DNA of 64,000 nucleotides from Hydrolagus colliei (Eukaryota): NCBI GenBank assembly GCA_035084275.1, contig CM068769.1, positions 2,294,001 to 2,358,000 on the forward strand. The letters are read 5' to 3'. The position numbers and the translations under genes are program-made. Below the pieces are notes generated by a model. It was given only the letters and a program-made list of their open reading frames with translations. It was not told the origin of the DNA and searched no databases. Shown piece by piece: positions 50,604-64,000 of this stretch; position 1 is the first letter of the stretch; each line of letters opens with the position of its first letter.

Positions 50604-53484
50604 CGAAACACACAATCACTACAGTGCCTCCCCAACAAACCCACACTCACTACACTGCTGTTCTCCACAAACACACAGCCGCTAAACTGTACCTTCCCCA
50701 CAAACACACAGTCACTAAATAGTTCCCTCCCCCACAAACACACAGTCTTTAAATTGTACACTCCTCCACACATGTACAGTCGCTAAATCGTACCCTCCAC
50801 CACAAACACAGTCACGACACCATACACTCCCCCACAAACACAAAGTCACTGCTCCATAGCTCCCCACAAACACAGGCACTAGAGTGTACCCTCCCCCAAA
50901 TATGCAGTCAGTGCACGATTTCTTCATCGACAAAAACATAGTCACTACACTATACCATTCCCCACAAATGCAGTCACTACACTGTACCAACCCCCACAAA
51001 AGACCCAGTCAATGCATTATAACCTACCCCACAAATAGCTTCATTACACTATTCCCTCCCCCACAACTCACAGTCGCTACGCTGTATCCTTCACCACGAA
51101 TACAGTCACAAAAATATACACACCCCACAAACACATAGCCACTACACTGTACCCGCCATCACAAACACAATGTCACTGTACTGTATATTTCCCCACGAAC
51201 ACAGTCACTACATTACACCCTACCTCCAAAACACACAGTCACTACACTGTACTCTCCTCCACAAACACACAGTCAATACCCTGCCCTCCCACAGATACAC
51301 TCAGTCACTACAATATACCCTCCCACACAAAGTCACTACTCTATGCCCTCCCCAACAGACTCACAGACACTACTTTATATCATGCGCGCAAACGCAGTCA
51401 CTACGCTATCGCTTCCTCACAAACAAAGTCACTACAATAATCCCTTACCCACAAACATACAGACACTACATTATAACGTCACCCAGAAATATATAGTTAC
51501 TACAATATAGTATCAACCACATGCACACAGTCACCAGATTGTAACAATCCCCACAAACACAGAGTCACTACACTATAGACGCAAGCACCATCACACAGTC
51601 ACTATGATGTACCCTCCCCCACACAGCGAGTCAGATCTCTGTACACTGCCACGCAAACAAACAGTCACTACATTATACCTCCCCCACAAACACAGTCACT
51701 ACACTGTACCATCTCTCACAAACAAACAGTCACTACACGATACCTTCCCACAGAAACGCACAGTCACTACACTGTACTCTCCTACACAAATACACAGTCA
51801 CCACAGTGTAACCTCCCCCCACACACAGTCACTATACTACTGTAGTGACTCCCCCACAAATAAATAGTCAGTACACTGTATCCTCCCCCACAAACAAACA
51901 GTCATCACCCTGTACCCTCCCCCACAAACATAGTCACTGCACCATAACCTCCTCCACAAACACACAGTCACCACAGTATATCCTCCGCCACAAACACACA
52001 GTCACTACCCTGGCCTCTCCCACAAACACACAGTCACTTAACTGTACCCTGCCCCCAATACGCACAGTCACTACACTGTACCCTCCCACACAAATACAAA
52101 GTCACTACACTGTACTCTCTCCCACAAACAGACAGTAACTACATTGTACCTTCGTCAACAAATGCACAATCACTGCACGATACCGTCCCCCACAAACACA
52201 CAGTCACTACAATGTGCACTCACCCACAATCACCATCACTACACTAAACCATTCCACGCAAACACACAATCACTACACTATACCATCCCCCACAAACACA
52301 CAGTAACTACATTGTACCCTCCCTCACAAACATACAGGAACTAATCTGTAACTTTCTCCACAAACACAGTCACTACACGGTACCCTCCGAAACAAACACA
52401 CAGTCAATTAACTGTACCATTCCACACTAACACAGCCATCACTCTGTGCCCTCACCCACAAACAAACAGTCACAAGAGTATATCCTCCCCACAAGCACAC
52501 AGTCACTACAGTTTAACCTCCGCCACAAACACACTGTCACCACAATGTATCCTTCCCCACAAACTCAGTAACTACATTATACCCCTCCCACAAACACACA
52601 GTCGCTACAATTTGGCCTCCCGCACAAACAACCAGTCACTACATTCTACCCTCTCCCTCAAACACACAGTCACTACACTATACCCTTCACCACAAACACT
52701 CAGTCACAAACCAGTAACAGTCCCAACGAACACAGTCACTACAGAGTGCGCTCACCCACAAACACACAATCATTACACTGTACTCTCCCCCACAAACGAC
52801 CAGCCACTACATTATGTCTTCTCCCACAAACACACAGTCACTGCACTGTACCCTCACCCATAAACACACAGTCAATCCATTGCCCTCCCCCACAAACACA
52901 CAGACACAACATTATACCATCCACCACAAACGAACAGTCACTTCACTGTACCCTCACTAACAATCACAGTCACTACACTGTAGTCTCCAACAACAACACA
53001 CAATCACTGCAGTATACACTCCCACACAAACACACAGTCACTGCACTGTACCTTCCCCACAAACACTCAGTCGTTACATTGCCTTTTCCCACAAACACAG
53101 TCACTACAATGTACCCTCTCACACAAACACACATTCACTACACTGTAACATTGTCTACAAACACACAGTTACTAAATTGTGGCCTTCCCCACAAACGCAC
53201 AGTCACTACACTGCACAAAGGCAGTCACTGTACTGCACTCCCCCACAAACACACAGTCAACACACTATACCATCCCCCACAAACACACAATCACAAAACT
53301 GTATCCTCCCCCACAATCCCACAGTCACCACACTATATCCTCCCACACAAACACAGTCACCATACTATATCCTTCGCGACAAGCACACAGTCGCTGCACT
53401 CTACACTCCCAAAAAAACATACAGTCGCTACACTGCGCTCCCCCACAAACACACAGTCACTACACTGTACCCTCGCCCACAAAC
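50604..53484. repeat. 32-34 bp minisatellite (CCCCACAAACACACAGTCACTACACTGTACCCT)
   Basis: About 2.9 kb of tandem degenerate units. Confidence 0.95.
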
Positions 53485-53984
53485 TGGCAGGAACTGAAAT
53501 ATATATTTTGCCTTAATTTGTCCATATAAACAATGAGATCAATTCACAGTGCAAGTATAGGTCATTATATTTTTACACTTTCATCCTGGAGCATTTGATA
53601 GCTCTTTCTCTCTGTGTCTCTCGTCTCTAATGCAGAATATTCTTTGTTGATGTCCAATGGTAACTGAGCAGCCTGCTTGTTGGATGTTTTACAATGTGTT
53701 TTTTTGTGTGTGAGAGAAAGGGAGAGCCAGGGTGAAATAGCAATGTGTAATGTGGGGAAGCGGGTGTGGGGGGCAACCCTATGCGAAGTTGGGAGTGGTC
53801 AGGATGCGAACTTGCAGTGGAACATACAGAGGCAGATCATAAAGAGATCAATTTGTGGTGGTCAACATGGGCAGCAAAACAGATTTTCTGATGCTGTGCA
53901 GCAGAATCTATGTTGCTGAAGTAAATTAGGCCAAATTAGTATGTTAAATTGAGTATCTAAATCTACTTTTGTTACAACAATCAA

Positions 53985-54225
53985 TGCGGTTTTCCTTCCT
54001 CCACAAGCCTGGTAATAATCACTCAAGATAAACATTCAGTAATTAATTGGACATTTCATTCCACGACTGTTTGTGGAACACTGTTTTGTGTGCAATTGGC
54101 TGCCGCATTTCGCTCACAAATGTACAGTCAAATCACATCAGATTATGTTCTGTTATTTCCAATGATACTTCTAGATGATGTGAGAAGAGCTATATCAAAT
54201 GGAAGGATTATTAGTATTGCTATTA
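53985..54225 (+). mobile_element. Deu-domain SINE 3' part
   Basis: GTGTGCAATTGGCTGCCGCATTTCGC core and AAGGATTATT tail. Confidence 0.7.
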
Positions 54226-54639
54226 ATATGATTAGTAGAAATTATTACAAATTATAACTCCAGTACATTTAGCAAGCCAATAGTGAAATAAGTAATCGTT
54301 AAAAGATCATTCCTAAGTGCTTCTGTGTTACATTTGCAGGCCTGTCAAATACGTTATGAGCAATTAACTGCAACATTTTAAAACGTTAAAATCCCCTGGG
54401 ATTTAAACTCAGAGGTGTGTGTGCTGACATCTCAGTCATGCTCACATCCCACGTGTCTGACCCTCCAGAACTACCTCATCTTTACACGTGTCACAACCAA
54501 TTGATCAGACAGATTGTGAATGACTCTTCTGTGCAATGGATTGCTAAGGCTCTGTGACGTCATTTTGGGGAGTAAAGGGTTACACTGGCCACTGCTGTCA
54601 GATACCATCTGACCTGTTGCTAGTTTACTGCTTTTAACT

Positions 54640-55120
54640 TTGTGTGGGGGTCTCAGTGTGTTTGTGTGTGTGAGAGAGGGCTNNNNNNNNNNNNNNNNNN
54701 NNNNNNNNNNNNNNNNNNNNNNNNNNNNNNNNNNNNNNNNNNNNNNNNNNNNNNNNNNNNNNNNNNNNNNNNNNNNNNNNNNNNNNNNNNNNNNNNNNNN
54801 NNNNNNNNNNNNNNNGAGTCCCTGTGGGTTTTGTAAGTGAGAGAGAAAGTCTCTATGAATTTGTATGTGTGTGTGTGAGAGAGAGTGACAGCTTCTATGG
54901 ATTTGTGTGTGTATCTGTGCATGAGAGAGAGAGCCTGTCGGTTTGTTTGTGTGTAAGAGAGAGAGAATGTGTCTGTAGGTTTGTGTGTGTGTGTGTGTGT
55001 GTATGAGAGATATATTGAGAGAGAGTCTCTGTGAGTTTGTGTGTGTATGATAGAGAGATCGGCCTTGTGGATTTGTGTGTGCGAGAGAGAATCTCTGAGT
55101 TTGTGTGGTTGTGTGTTTGA
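54640..55120. repeat. (GT)n/(GA)n compound simple repeat around the assembly gap
   Basis: Alternating gtgtgt/gagaga units. Confidence 0.85.
54683..54815. other. Assembly gap (N run)
   Basis: Run of n characters. Confidence 0.99.
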
Positions 55121-55469
55121 AAATTGTACGGGACTAACAGCAAAAGCTACAGAGACAGAATAAGACAGATAAAAGTTCTAACACAGGCTGCACGGCAAGG
55201 TTTCTGGTCCTTTACCAAAGAATACATATGGGGAACTTGAAGCAAATAATGGCCTAATTAATACATTAGATCAACTACCTGCATCCAGTCATACAACTAC
55301 ATAAATTATGATTTGATACCAGCGTGTCTAACAGCAAACAATCAAAATACATAACAGCAAACCGATCATTCCTGAGCGATTCTGTGCTTTAATTACCGGC
55401 ATCTTAAACACTACAGTGAAGCAAGCGTGTAATTTAAGGTCGGAGGCCAATGACCCGACATCTGAGTTG

Positions 55470-58400
55470 TGATCACACAAAAAGCGTTTGCCCACCTGAG
55501 CTCCCTCATCTTAGTGAAGGCAAAAATCATATGTTCACACACTAGGCCTATTCTACAGAACAGTCGTGCATTAACCCATTACTAACCCAAATGTTTCTAA
55601 CAGTTGCATTTGGTTCAGCATTCTACGAGCCTCGGTAATTGATATATATAAATGCAATTTTGATTGTTGATCAATTACACTCTTTATCCTGGGATGAATG
55701 TATATGTAACACAAACCAATCAATTGCTGTTCAGCATTAATGCCAATCACCATATCAGTACTAACATTAATGTGACCATCGTAAAGCAGCATGTTTGCAA
55801 ACTAAAGCCTGGTTGACTGCAAGTATATGAGTTTCGTCAGCATGAATTGTGAGAGAATGGCAGACAAAAGCAATGCTGCGGAGGTGTGGAAACGCTCAGA
55901 GTGTTAAGGCATTAGTGTGGGGTAGAAATTTTTATTTCAGTGTCGAAAAAGACTTGTAATGTTCCCAACTGGCTCATTGAGGTGATATGTGCAACAGCTA
56001 CTGTGTGTGGTTTAAGGGGTGGAATAGGAAGGAGCCGATTATATTTTGTTCTACATGGGGAATAGGAGGAAGAAATCGATTAGACTGTGTACTGTATCAG
56101 AAGGAAGAGGGGAATGGGAGTGAATTGTGTAGTTCTCCGGAACACGTGTGAAAACAGTATTAAACCTGTTGGATATTGGGATTGGATAGGTTAATGGGAG
56201 GAGCATGGAGAACGCGATTAGACTGTACTTTTTATGTTGATTTTAGATGGCGATTAGAGGGACTGTACCATGTTATTGTGGCCCATTGTAATTCGTGCTG
56301 TGTCCCCTGTATACCAAGTGTTTGCTGCTGTATATAAGCCATGGTCAGCAAAGAAAGAGTTAACTCACACACTGGCACATGTGTCAGTTCAGACTTGTTT
56401 TTTAAAGGCCCTTTGTTCCTCAGACTAACTGTACTGCAGATCAGATTTCAGGTCTCACTGATGGCTGGTACAGTTAGTCTGATGAACAGAGCATATTTTA
56501 ACACTATTGCAGCAGAAATAACACTCACACTGTGGGCTCCTCATTGTTTTCTGTATAACACATTGTTTTTTGAACTTATAGTTCACTTCAGAGGTTTCTG
56601 CAAACATTTGAAACATTGCAAGTGAAGCAAACAGGCAGCGACTTGTCAAACCGGTTCCATTTGTTTTTCAAAGAAGCGCCGCTCCCTATTTGAGAGTCAA
56701 ATGTCAGGAGTGATTGAAATGGAATGTGTGTCAGTGGCTGAACCTGCCTGTTAACGCAGGTATAAGCGTCCCTCACACGCAAACATAACCAGCCCAGCTA
56801 ACGTTATCAACAGCTTCGAGAGACCAGGACTTGCTTCCCCATTTTGGGGCAGGAGAGAACTTGATAAAGGAGCTGGTAGATTCTAGTCACTGTGGAAATG
56901 TCCAACATGGGAAGCAGCTCAGACCATCATCGTGTTCACTGGTGAGCAAAGATCTGCTAAACCTTCTCCTCTTTCACTTCTCCGTCTGATTCCCTTTAAA
57001 GCCTTTCTTACTTCAGTGCCTTGTGTATAGGGTTTGTTCCACTGGTGAAGATAGAAAAATGACGGTGTCTCATGTGAGTGTGGTGTATGTTAGTAGGTAG
57101 AAGGTTTGATTCCAAGCATGAGGACCAGGGTTTTAGTCCTGTGAAGGGCGAAACATAGGCTCCACAACCCTCCGTTTATCAGCCGTCAGTAGGAATCTGG
57201 TTAAGTGTTGGGCAATCCAAAGGTAATTTAAAAATCATAGCCAATGTGAATTGTTTGATCTCCTTGTGTCTGGATAGATTGCTGTGAGCGTTAGTAGCTC
57301 TGTCAGTCACTGCAACAAACAGTGACTTGTCCGAATGGTTGAATATGTATTTCTGAGAAGCGTTGCTCCCTTTAGTGAGTAGAGTTTCTGACCAGAATCA
57401 GCCTGAGATCTGTTGCTTGTCTGCACAGTGGTGGGGAACAGACAGCACAATAGGGGAAATGGGAATCAACACAGTAAAGATCAAGGTAGACGATATAAAA
57501 TTAACCAGAATTTTTATACAGAGCTTTCTGTCGCGGTGGTGATATTTATTTCAGTTTGTGATGCCTGTCTCACCTGGAGACCAGGCGTTTGCTCGTGTGG
57601 CGGTACAGTCCAGCCTGTAGAGTTTTAACATATTAATATTATAACGTGATTGAGGATTAGAATCATAGAATCATAGAATTTTACTGCACAAAAGGAGGCC
57701 ATTCAGCCCATCTAGTCTGTGCCGGCTCTTTGAAAAGAGCGATTCAATCCCACTGCCCTGCCCGCTCCCCATAGCCTAATAGACCCGTTCTCCCTAAATA
57801 AAGATCTAATTCCCTTTTAAAACTTGTTATCGAATCAGCCTCCACCACCTTTTCAGGCAATGCATTCCAGATTCGAACAACTCGCTGAGTGAAAAAAATT
57901 CTCCTCAGCTCCCCTCTACTTCGCCTTGAAACTATTTTAAATCTGTGACCACGAGTCACAGATTCACCCACGAGTGGAAATAGTTTTTCTCTATTTGCCC
58001 TGTCGAAACCCCTCATGATCTTATAAACCTCTATTAGGTCTCCCCTCAATCTTCTCTGCTCCAGAGAGAATAACCCTAGCCTATCTAGCCTCTCCTCATA
58101 GCTGAAGTCCCTCAATCCTGGCACCATCCTAGTAAATCTTCGTTGTACCCTTTCCAATGCCGTCACATCCTTTCTGTAGTGTGGTGACCAGAATTGAACA
58201 CAGTATTCCAGCTGAGGCCTCACCAAAGTCCTATAGAGGTTAGTCAGCACTTCCTGACTTTTGTACTCTATACCCCTATTTATAAAGCCTAGTATCCCAT
58301 ATGCCTTCTTAACAGCCTTGTCTACCTGTCCTGCCACCTTCAACGAGTCACTAACACAAATCCCCAGCTCTCTCTGTTCCTTTACACCATTTAAAATTGT

Positions 58401-61400
58401 ACTATCTAGCCTATATTGCCTCCCTTCATTTCTTCTCCCAAAATGCATCACCTCACACTTCTCTGCATTAAACTTCATCTGCCATGTGTCTGCCCACTTT
58501 ACCAATTTGCCTATATCCTCTTGCAGATGGCTACTATCCTCCTCACTGTTTACTATTCTCCCTAACTTAGTGTAATCTGCAAACTTGGAAACTGTACTCC
58601 GTACACCCAAGTCCAGATCATTGATGTAGATTACAAATAGCAATGTTTGTATGGATATATTGTGTAGACGGTGCTTTATATGCTGTGAATCACGTACCAT
58701 AGACAGGTCAGCAGGTGAATTGCTAACAGATCCATGTTGGAATACATGACCACAATCACAGAACTTTATGGAATATTTATCATCTTTGCTGCTGGAAATA
58801 TTTAACTACTCTTGAAGTCTTAAATTGGCAGTCGGCAAATTATTCCTGTTGGGACGTGTCGGATGGTGGGAGGTGAAGCGGCCGCCCCCTTTCGTGAGAG
58901 ACAGATTTCAGAAGCTTTTCAGCTGACAAACAGAGGTGGGGAGATTCAGGGCATTTAATTTCCTAACTGAGGTGTTACGGAGCTTGTCATGTGTTCTGAG
59001 ACGCCATTCTCCCATTGTAATTAGTGCAGTGTCTTCTGTATCTCAAGCGTTTGCTGCTGTATACAAGCCATGGTCAGCAGTGAAGTAGTTAACGCACACA
59101 TTAGCACATATGTCAGTTCAGACTTGTTTTATAATGACCTTTGTTCCTCAGACTAATTTACTGCAGCTCAGATTTCAGCCCTCACTGAAGGTACAGTTAG
59201 TCTGAGGAACAGATCATCTTTCAGCATTATTACAGTACAGATAACACTACCACTGTAGACTTCTCATTGTATTTTGACTAAAATATTGTTTTTTGAATGT
59301 ATTAGTTCAGTTCAGAGGTTTGTGCAAACATTTAAATTATTATGAGTAAAGCAAACAGGCAGCCACTTGTCAAACCGGTTCCATTTGTTTTTCCAAGAAG
59401 CGCTGCTCCCTATTTGAGAGTCAAATGTCAGGAGTGATTGAAATGGAATGTGTGTCAGTGGCTGAACCTGCCTGTATCGCAGGTATGAGCGTCTCTCACA
59501 CACAATCATATAACCAGCCCGGCTCACATTACCAACAGCTTGGTGCGGGTTGGCTGGGAGAGTCCAGAACTTGCCGCCTGATTCTTGGTCAGGAGAGAAC
59601 TTGTTGAAGGAGCTGGTAGTTTCCAGTTACTGGGGAAATGTCCAACCTGGGGAGCAGCTCAGACCATCACGGTGTGTGTGTGTCACTGTTTAGCAAAGAT
59701 CTGCTAAACCTTCTCTTCTTTCACTTCTCCATCTGGTTCCCTTTAAAGCCTTTCTTTATTCAGTGACTTGTGGATAGGGTTTGTTCCACTGGTGAAGATA
59801 GGAACTTTGCAGTGTCTCATCTGAGTATCGTTTATGTTAGTAGGTAGAAGGTTTGATTCCAAGCATGAGGACCTGGGTTTTATTCCTGTGAAGGGCGAAA
59901 CATTAGGCCGTTTACCCAGCCCTCAGAAGCAATCTGTTTAAGTGTTGGGCAATCTAAAGGTAATTCAAAATTCACAACAAATGTGAATTGTTTGATCTCC
60001 TTGTTTCTGGATAGATTGTTGTGAACGTTAGCAGCTCTGTCAGTCACTGCAACAAACAGTGACTTGTCAGAATGGTTGTATATTAATTTCTGAGAAGCGC
60101 TGCTCCCTTAAGAGTGTATCACATTGCAGGAGAGAGTCTGACCAGCATCAGCCTAAGATCTGTCGCTTGTCTGCACAGCAGTGGGGAACAGACATAACAA
60201 TAGTGGAAATGGGAACTAACACAGTAAAGAACAAGATAGATCATATAAAATTAACCAGAATTTGTATACAGAGATTTCAGTCACGGTGGTGAATATTTAT
60301 ATCCGTTAGTGATGCCTGTCTCACCTGGAGAACAGGCGCTTGCTCGTGTGGCAGTACAGTCCAACAAGTACAGTATTAACATTTTAATATTATAACGTGA
60401 TTGATGATTGTTGCATATATTGTGTAGATGGGGCTTGATGTGCTGTGAACCACACGTTTTCTCACGTATCATATACATATCAGCAGGTGAATTGTTACCA
60501 GATCCATTTTAGAATACATGACAACAATCACCAACTTTATGGAATAATTATCATCTTTGCTGCTGGAAATACTTGAATACACTTGAAGTCTTAAAATGGC
60601 GGTCAGCAAATTGTTCATGACGGGACATGTCAGATGTGGGAGGTGAAGCTGCCGCTCCCTTTAGTGAGAGACAGATTTTACAAGCTTTTCAACTGACTAA
60701 CAGAGGTGGGAAGATTCAAGGCATTTTATCTCTTAACTGAGGTGTTACGGAGCTTGTCAAGTGTTCTGAGATGCCATGCGGCGTGTAAGGCGATATGTAA
60801 ATCGAAGTTGTTGGTGTTGGGTAGATCACCAGCCTCACAAGCGAAAAGTCCCAGGATCAATTCTCTGCCAGGAGGACAGGGCGAAATGTTGGGCAAGTAC
60901 ACTTTGTACACATGCCTCTGTTTCCCTCCGCCAGTAAACAGAACATGATGGGGGATAACTTTGCTGGTGTGGTAAACACGTCAAAATAAGTACATAAATA
61001 AGAATTTGGTCACTGAATTTTAGACCAGTTTCAGAGGAATATGTGTGGAATAGGCTAGAGGTATATTTATATAGTTCACTTTTCTGTATAGTCTGATAAG
61101 CGCCTTAAGGTATTTCTGCGATGTGACAAATGACAGTATAGGAAGCCAAGTTTATTATTGTCATGTTCAAACCTAAAGCTGCTATGTTTAGAATGTAACG
61201 GTGTGAAAGGACACTTGATCATGTCTTGCCCAAACGCCAGCATCTCCAACTTCCCTGAATTGGAATTCTCCATGGACTGAATTGGAGCTAGAGTTCCTTT
61301 CACCCCCCCAAACCAAGTAACAATTCATCAGTTACCAATCTACCCACCCGTCCAGTGACTCCCGGTTACTGTTCACAACTAACAGATTGGGGAGGCAATT

Positions 61401-62650
61401 CCCCTGGCACAAACATTGATTAATATACCAATTCATGACAGTAGAATATGTGGTAATGTTGACAGTATCTATGGGCGGACACAGCTGCTGACTGATACAG
61501 ACACATGAGCACAATGGGCAGAAACCAGCAAAGTGGAATTCACTCTAGAATATCTTAGATGTGAAGACAAATCATGAACATAGATTGTATCCAAGAGCAC
61601 TATGTTGGAGTAGGCAAGGTATCCAACCCTATTGTCATTTTTGGCCCTCGTGTCATTTTTGGCCCTCGTGTGTTTGCACACACGAGCAAACACTTGGTGT
61701 TTGCTCGTGTGTGAAGTACAATTCAGCGGGTAAAGGGTTAACCGATTCAAGTTGAAAACCCATCCCAGTATTTCCACCAGTGATTCTAATCCTTATTGAC
61801 AGAATGAATAGCTATAGGAGGAGTTAGAATTATGGCGAAGGTCCCTCTCCTCACCACAGCTCAAATCTCTGGTGCTTGGACACGAACTGTAGTCCATCTC
61901 AGGGTCACTAACAATAGCATAAGATGGGTTCTGTTTGTGTTTGATTCTGGGTAGATTGCCGTAAGCTCAGCAACTCAATCAGTCAGTAAAACACACACTG
62001 ACTTGCCAGGCTGGTTGGGTATGAATTTCTGAGAAGTGCCGCTCCCTTTAGTGAGAGTCAAGTTTCAGGAGAGTTTCAGATCATAATCAGCCAAAGATCT
62101 GACGCTTGCCTGTCCAGCAGGAGGGAATGGACAGCATAACAATGAAACGGGAATTAACACAGTGAAGCGCAATGCAGACGGTGGAAACATAACCCACACT
62201 GCACTGCTTTCTGCTTCGGCTGTGAATATTTATATTATTTTGTGGTGCCTGGTCTCACCTGTAGACCAGGCTTTTCCTCATGTGCCAAGTACAGTCTGGC
62301 AGGTAAAGCCTTCAACTATGAATATGTTAGGGTGATTGATGATTGTTGGATGGATTGTAGAGAGGGGATTTCAAATGTTGTCAACCGAATGCTTGCTTGT
62401 GTTCCACAGCTCAGTAAGTGAAGTATTATCGGATCCATGTTGGAATACCTGACCATAATCAGCAAACTTTATTGAGCGTTTATCATCTTTGTTGCTGAAA
62501 ATATCTCAATACTATTGAAGTCGTTAAATCTGTGTCAATAAATATTTCATGTCGGGACGTGTCAGATGGGAGGTGATCTTGTGAGAAGCAGCGCTGCCTT
62601 TAATGAGAGACATATTCCTGAAGCTTTCAACTGACAAACAGATGAGATTC
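55470..62650 (-). repeat. Right arm of inverted segmental duplication, with internal tandem duplication
   Basis: Reverse complement of 34950-40630; 56282-59010 and 59011-60778 are tandem copies. Confidence 0.85.
57658..58642 (-). mobile_element. Young CR1 LINE, 5'-truncated, open RT C-terminal frame
   Basis: LLFVIYINDLD...SKFADYTKLG...WQMKFNAEKC...LVRPQLEYCVQFWSP...FFTQRVVRIWNALP; stop at 57744; (ATTCTATG)n tail. Confidence 0.95.
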
Positions 62651-63051
62651 AGGAATTTCATTTGCAAGTTGGGGATTTATGTAACTGATTTTTCCACTTC
62701 TCCTCTGACTGTTCTTGTTTCAATTAGGTAAGCCCTGGCTCTCATTGTCATGGGTTTAGCTCCTCATTTCTCTCAATGCAGAGCTGCACCAACTCAGCCA
62801 GGCAATGATCATAGATCAGGCTAAAGGGTTCATTCCACAGCCTGATGGTGGCTGGAGTAAGAATGTTAAAAACTGAGCCCGGCTGCCATCCATTTCAGCA
62901 ACACATGGAAGCTTTTAAAAATTTGTACACTAACTTGTAGTCTCCGTCATCAGGTGTTCGACTGAATATTGAAAGCAAGGTTTGTCTGGTCACTTGTAGT
63001 TTCTTCAACAAGTTGGTTGTGAGGCGATTGGCGGTTCGCTTTTCTGTGGAT

Positions 63052-63180
63052 ATCATAGAATCATAGAGTTTTACTGTACAAGAGGAGGCCATTTGGCCCA
63101 TCTAGTCTGTGCCGGCTCTTTAAAAAGAGCAACTGAATCCCACTGCCCCGCTCTCTCCCCATAACCTAACAGACCTGTTC
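63052..63180 (-). mobile_element. CR1 3' end fragment
   Basis: ATCATAGAATCATAGAG...GGAGGCCATTTGGCCCATC. Confidence 0.85.
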
Positions 63181-63199
63181 GCTTTATATTCAAAATTGC

Positions 63200-63820
63200 A
63201 TGTTGTGAATGTGTCTCCTAGTCTGTCCATCCATTTCTATCTGAGTGTGCTTTTGTATCACTCAGTCTTTACATATCTCCTTATCTCTCTCTTTATCTGT
63301 TTATTTGTCTGTGAGCGTGCGTACGTGAGTGTGTTTATTTATCTCTGTTTGTATCTCAGTCTGTCTGAATCTTTCTGCGTACCTGAATGTCTCCCTATTT
63401 ACGTACCCTGCCTCTGACAATGTGGAGCAATGCATCATTGTATGTCTGTTTTATTTGTGTATGATTATCTGTGTGACTATGTTTCTGTGAGTAACTCGCC
63501 ACATGTTTGTTCATGTCCGTGTATCACACTGTCTGCCTGACTTTCTCTCGGTGTATTATTATATATTTCTCTGTATCTCTCTTACTGAGCACATATACCA
63601 GTGTACATATCTGCATCTTTCTTTATCGACCGCAGTCTGTTTGTGTCTCTGAATCTCACTTTGTCGATATGTACATATAAATCTATGTCGCTCTTTTTAC
63701 CTATGTGTATTGCTGTTTCTTTCCCATTTAATTTCCTTCTAAGTCTTTGTTTCTCTCTTTGTCTCTCTCTCTTTATTTCTAAACTGTGTGTGTGGCTATG
63801 TGTGTAGGCGTGTCTCTGTG
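63200..63820. repeat. TC/TG-rich low-complexity region
   Basis: Degenerate tctc/tgtg composition. Confidence 0.6.
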
Positions 63821-64000
63821 TGGAGTTACTGGCTCACATCAGGCTTTTCCTGGCCTCGGTCTACAGCAGACATTTTGTTTTACGCAGGCCTGAGACATCC
63901 ATTTTAAGTGACTGTTTCTCTGATTTAAAAAATAATGATAATTCTGAGCTGTGTGGTTAACAACCAATTGTGGTCTGAAAATGGAATTGGATACTACATG

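Noticed and set aside
50604-53484. RSS-like array (CACAGTC...ACAAACACA) or CRISPR-like array
   Set aside because: The heptamer-to-nonamer spacing is about 20 nt, not 12 or 23; no V/D/J segments are present; the units have no unique spacers. It is a minisatellite.
50715-53529. Long Thr/His/Pro-rich ORFs (mucin-like)
   Set aside because: The unit length is not a fixed multiple of 3, and ORFs appear in several frames; an artefact of the repeat.
57744-58700. 318-aa ORF as a host gene
   Set aside because: It is the C-terminal part of CR1 ORF2; the N-terminal residues come from flanking repeat, and the catalytic FADD reads FADY.

Overview
Eukaryotic, repeat-rich vertebrate DNA. The Deu-domain tRNA SINEs, L2/CR1 LINEs and shark-type Penelope remnants suggest a cartilaginous fish, possibly a chimaera (inference). 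From left to right: (1) 0.5-10.4 kb, six minus-strand phase-1 exons of an SRCR-SRCR-Ig-Ig-Ig-Ig hybrid receptor gene that may continue off the left edge; five of six exons carry lesions, so it is a pseudogene. (2) 11.6-18.3 kb and 32.3-32.9 kb, nine tRNA genes of eight isotypes, all decayed and several with altered anticodons. (3) 29385-30614, the only intact host coding sequence, single-exon B3GALT2, with no recognisable CDC73 host exons nearby. (4) 33.6-62.7 kb, a non-coding higher-order repeat forming a large inverted duplication, with about 18 copies of a conserved TCACTAAAGGGAGCGGCGCTTCT-like core, + strand on the left and - strand on the right. SINEs, LINEs, a hAT-like MITE, minisatellites and one N gap are interspersed. 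All alignments were done by eye, and repeat boundaries are approximate.
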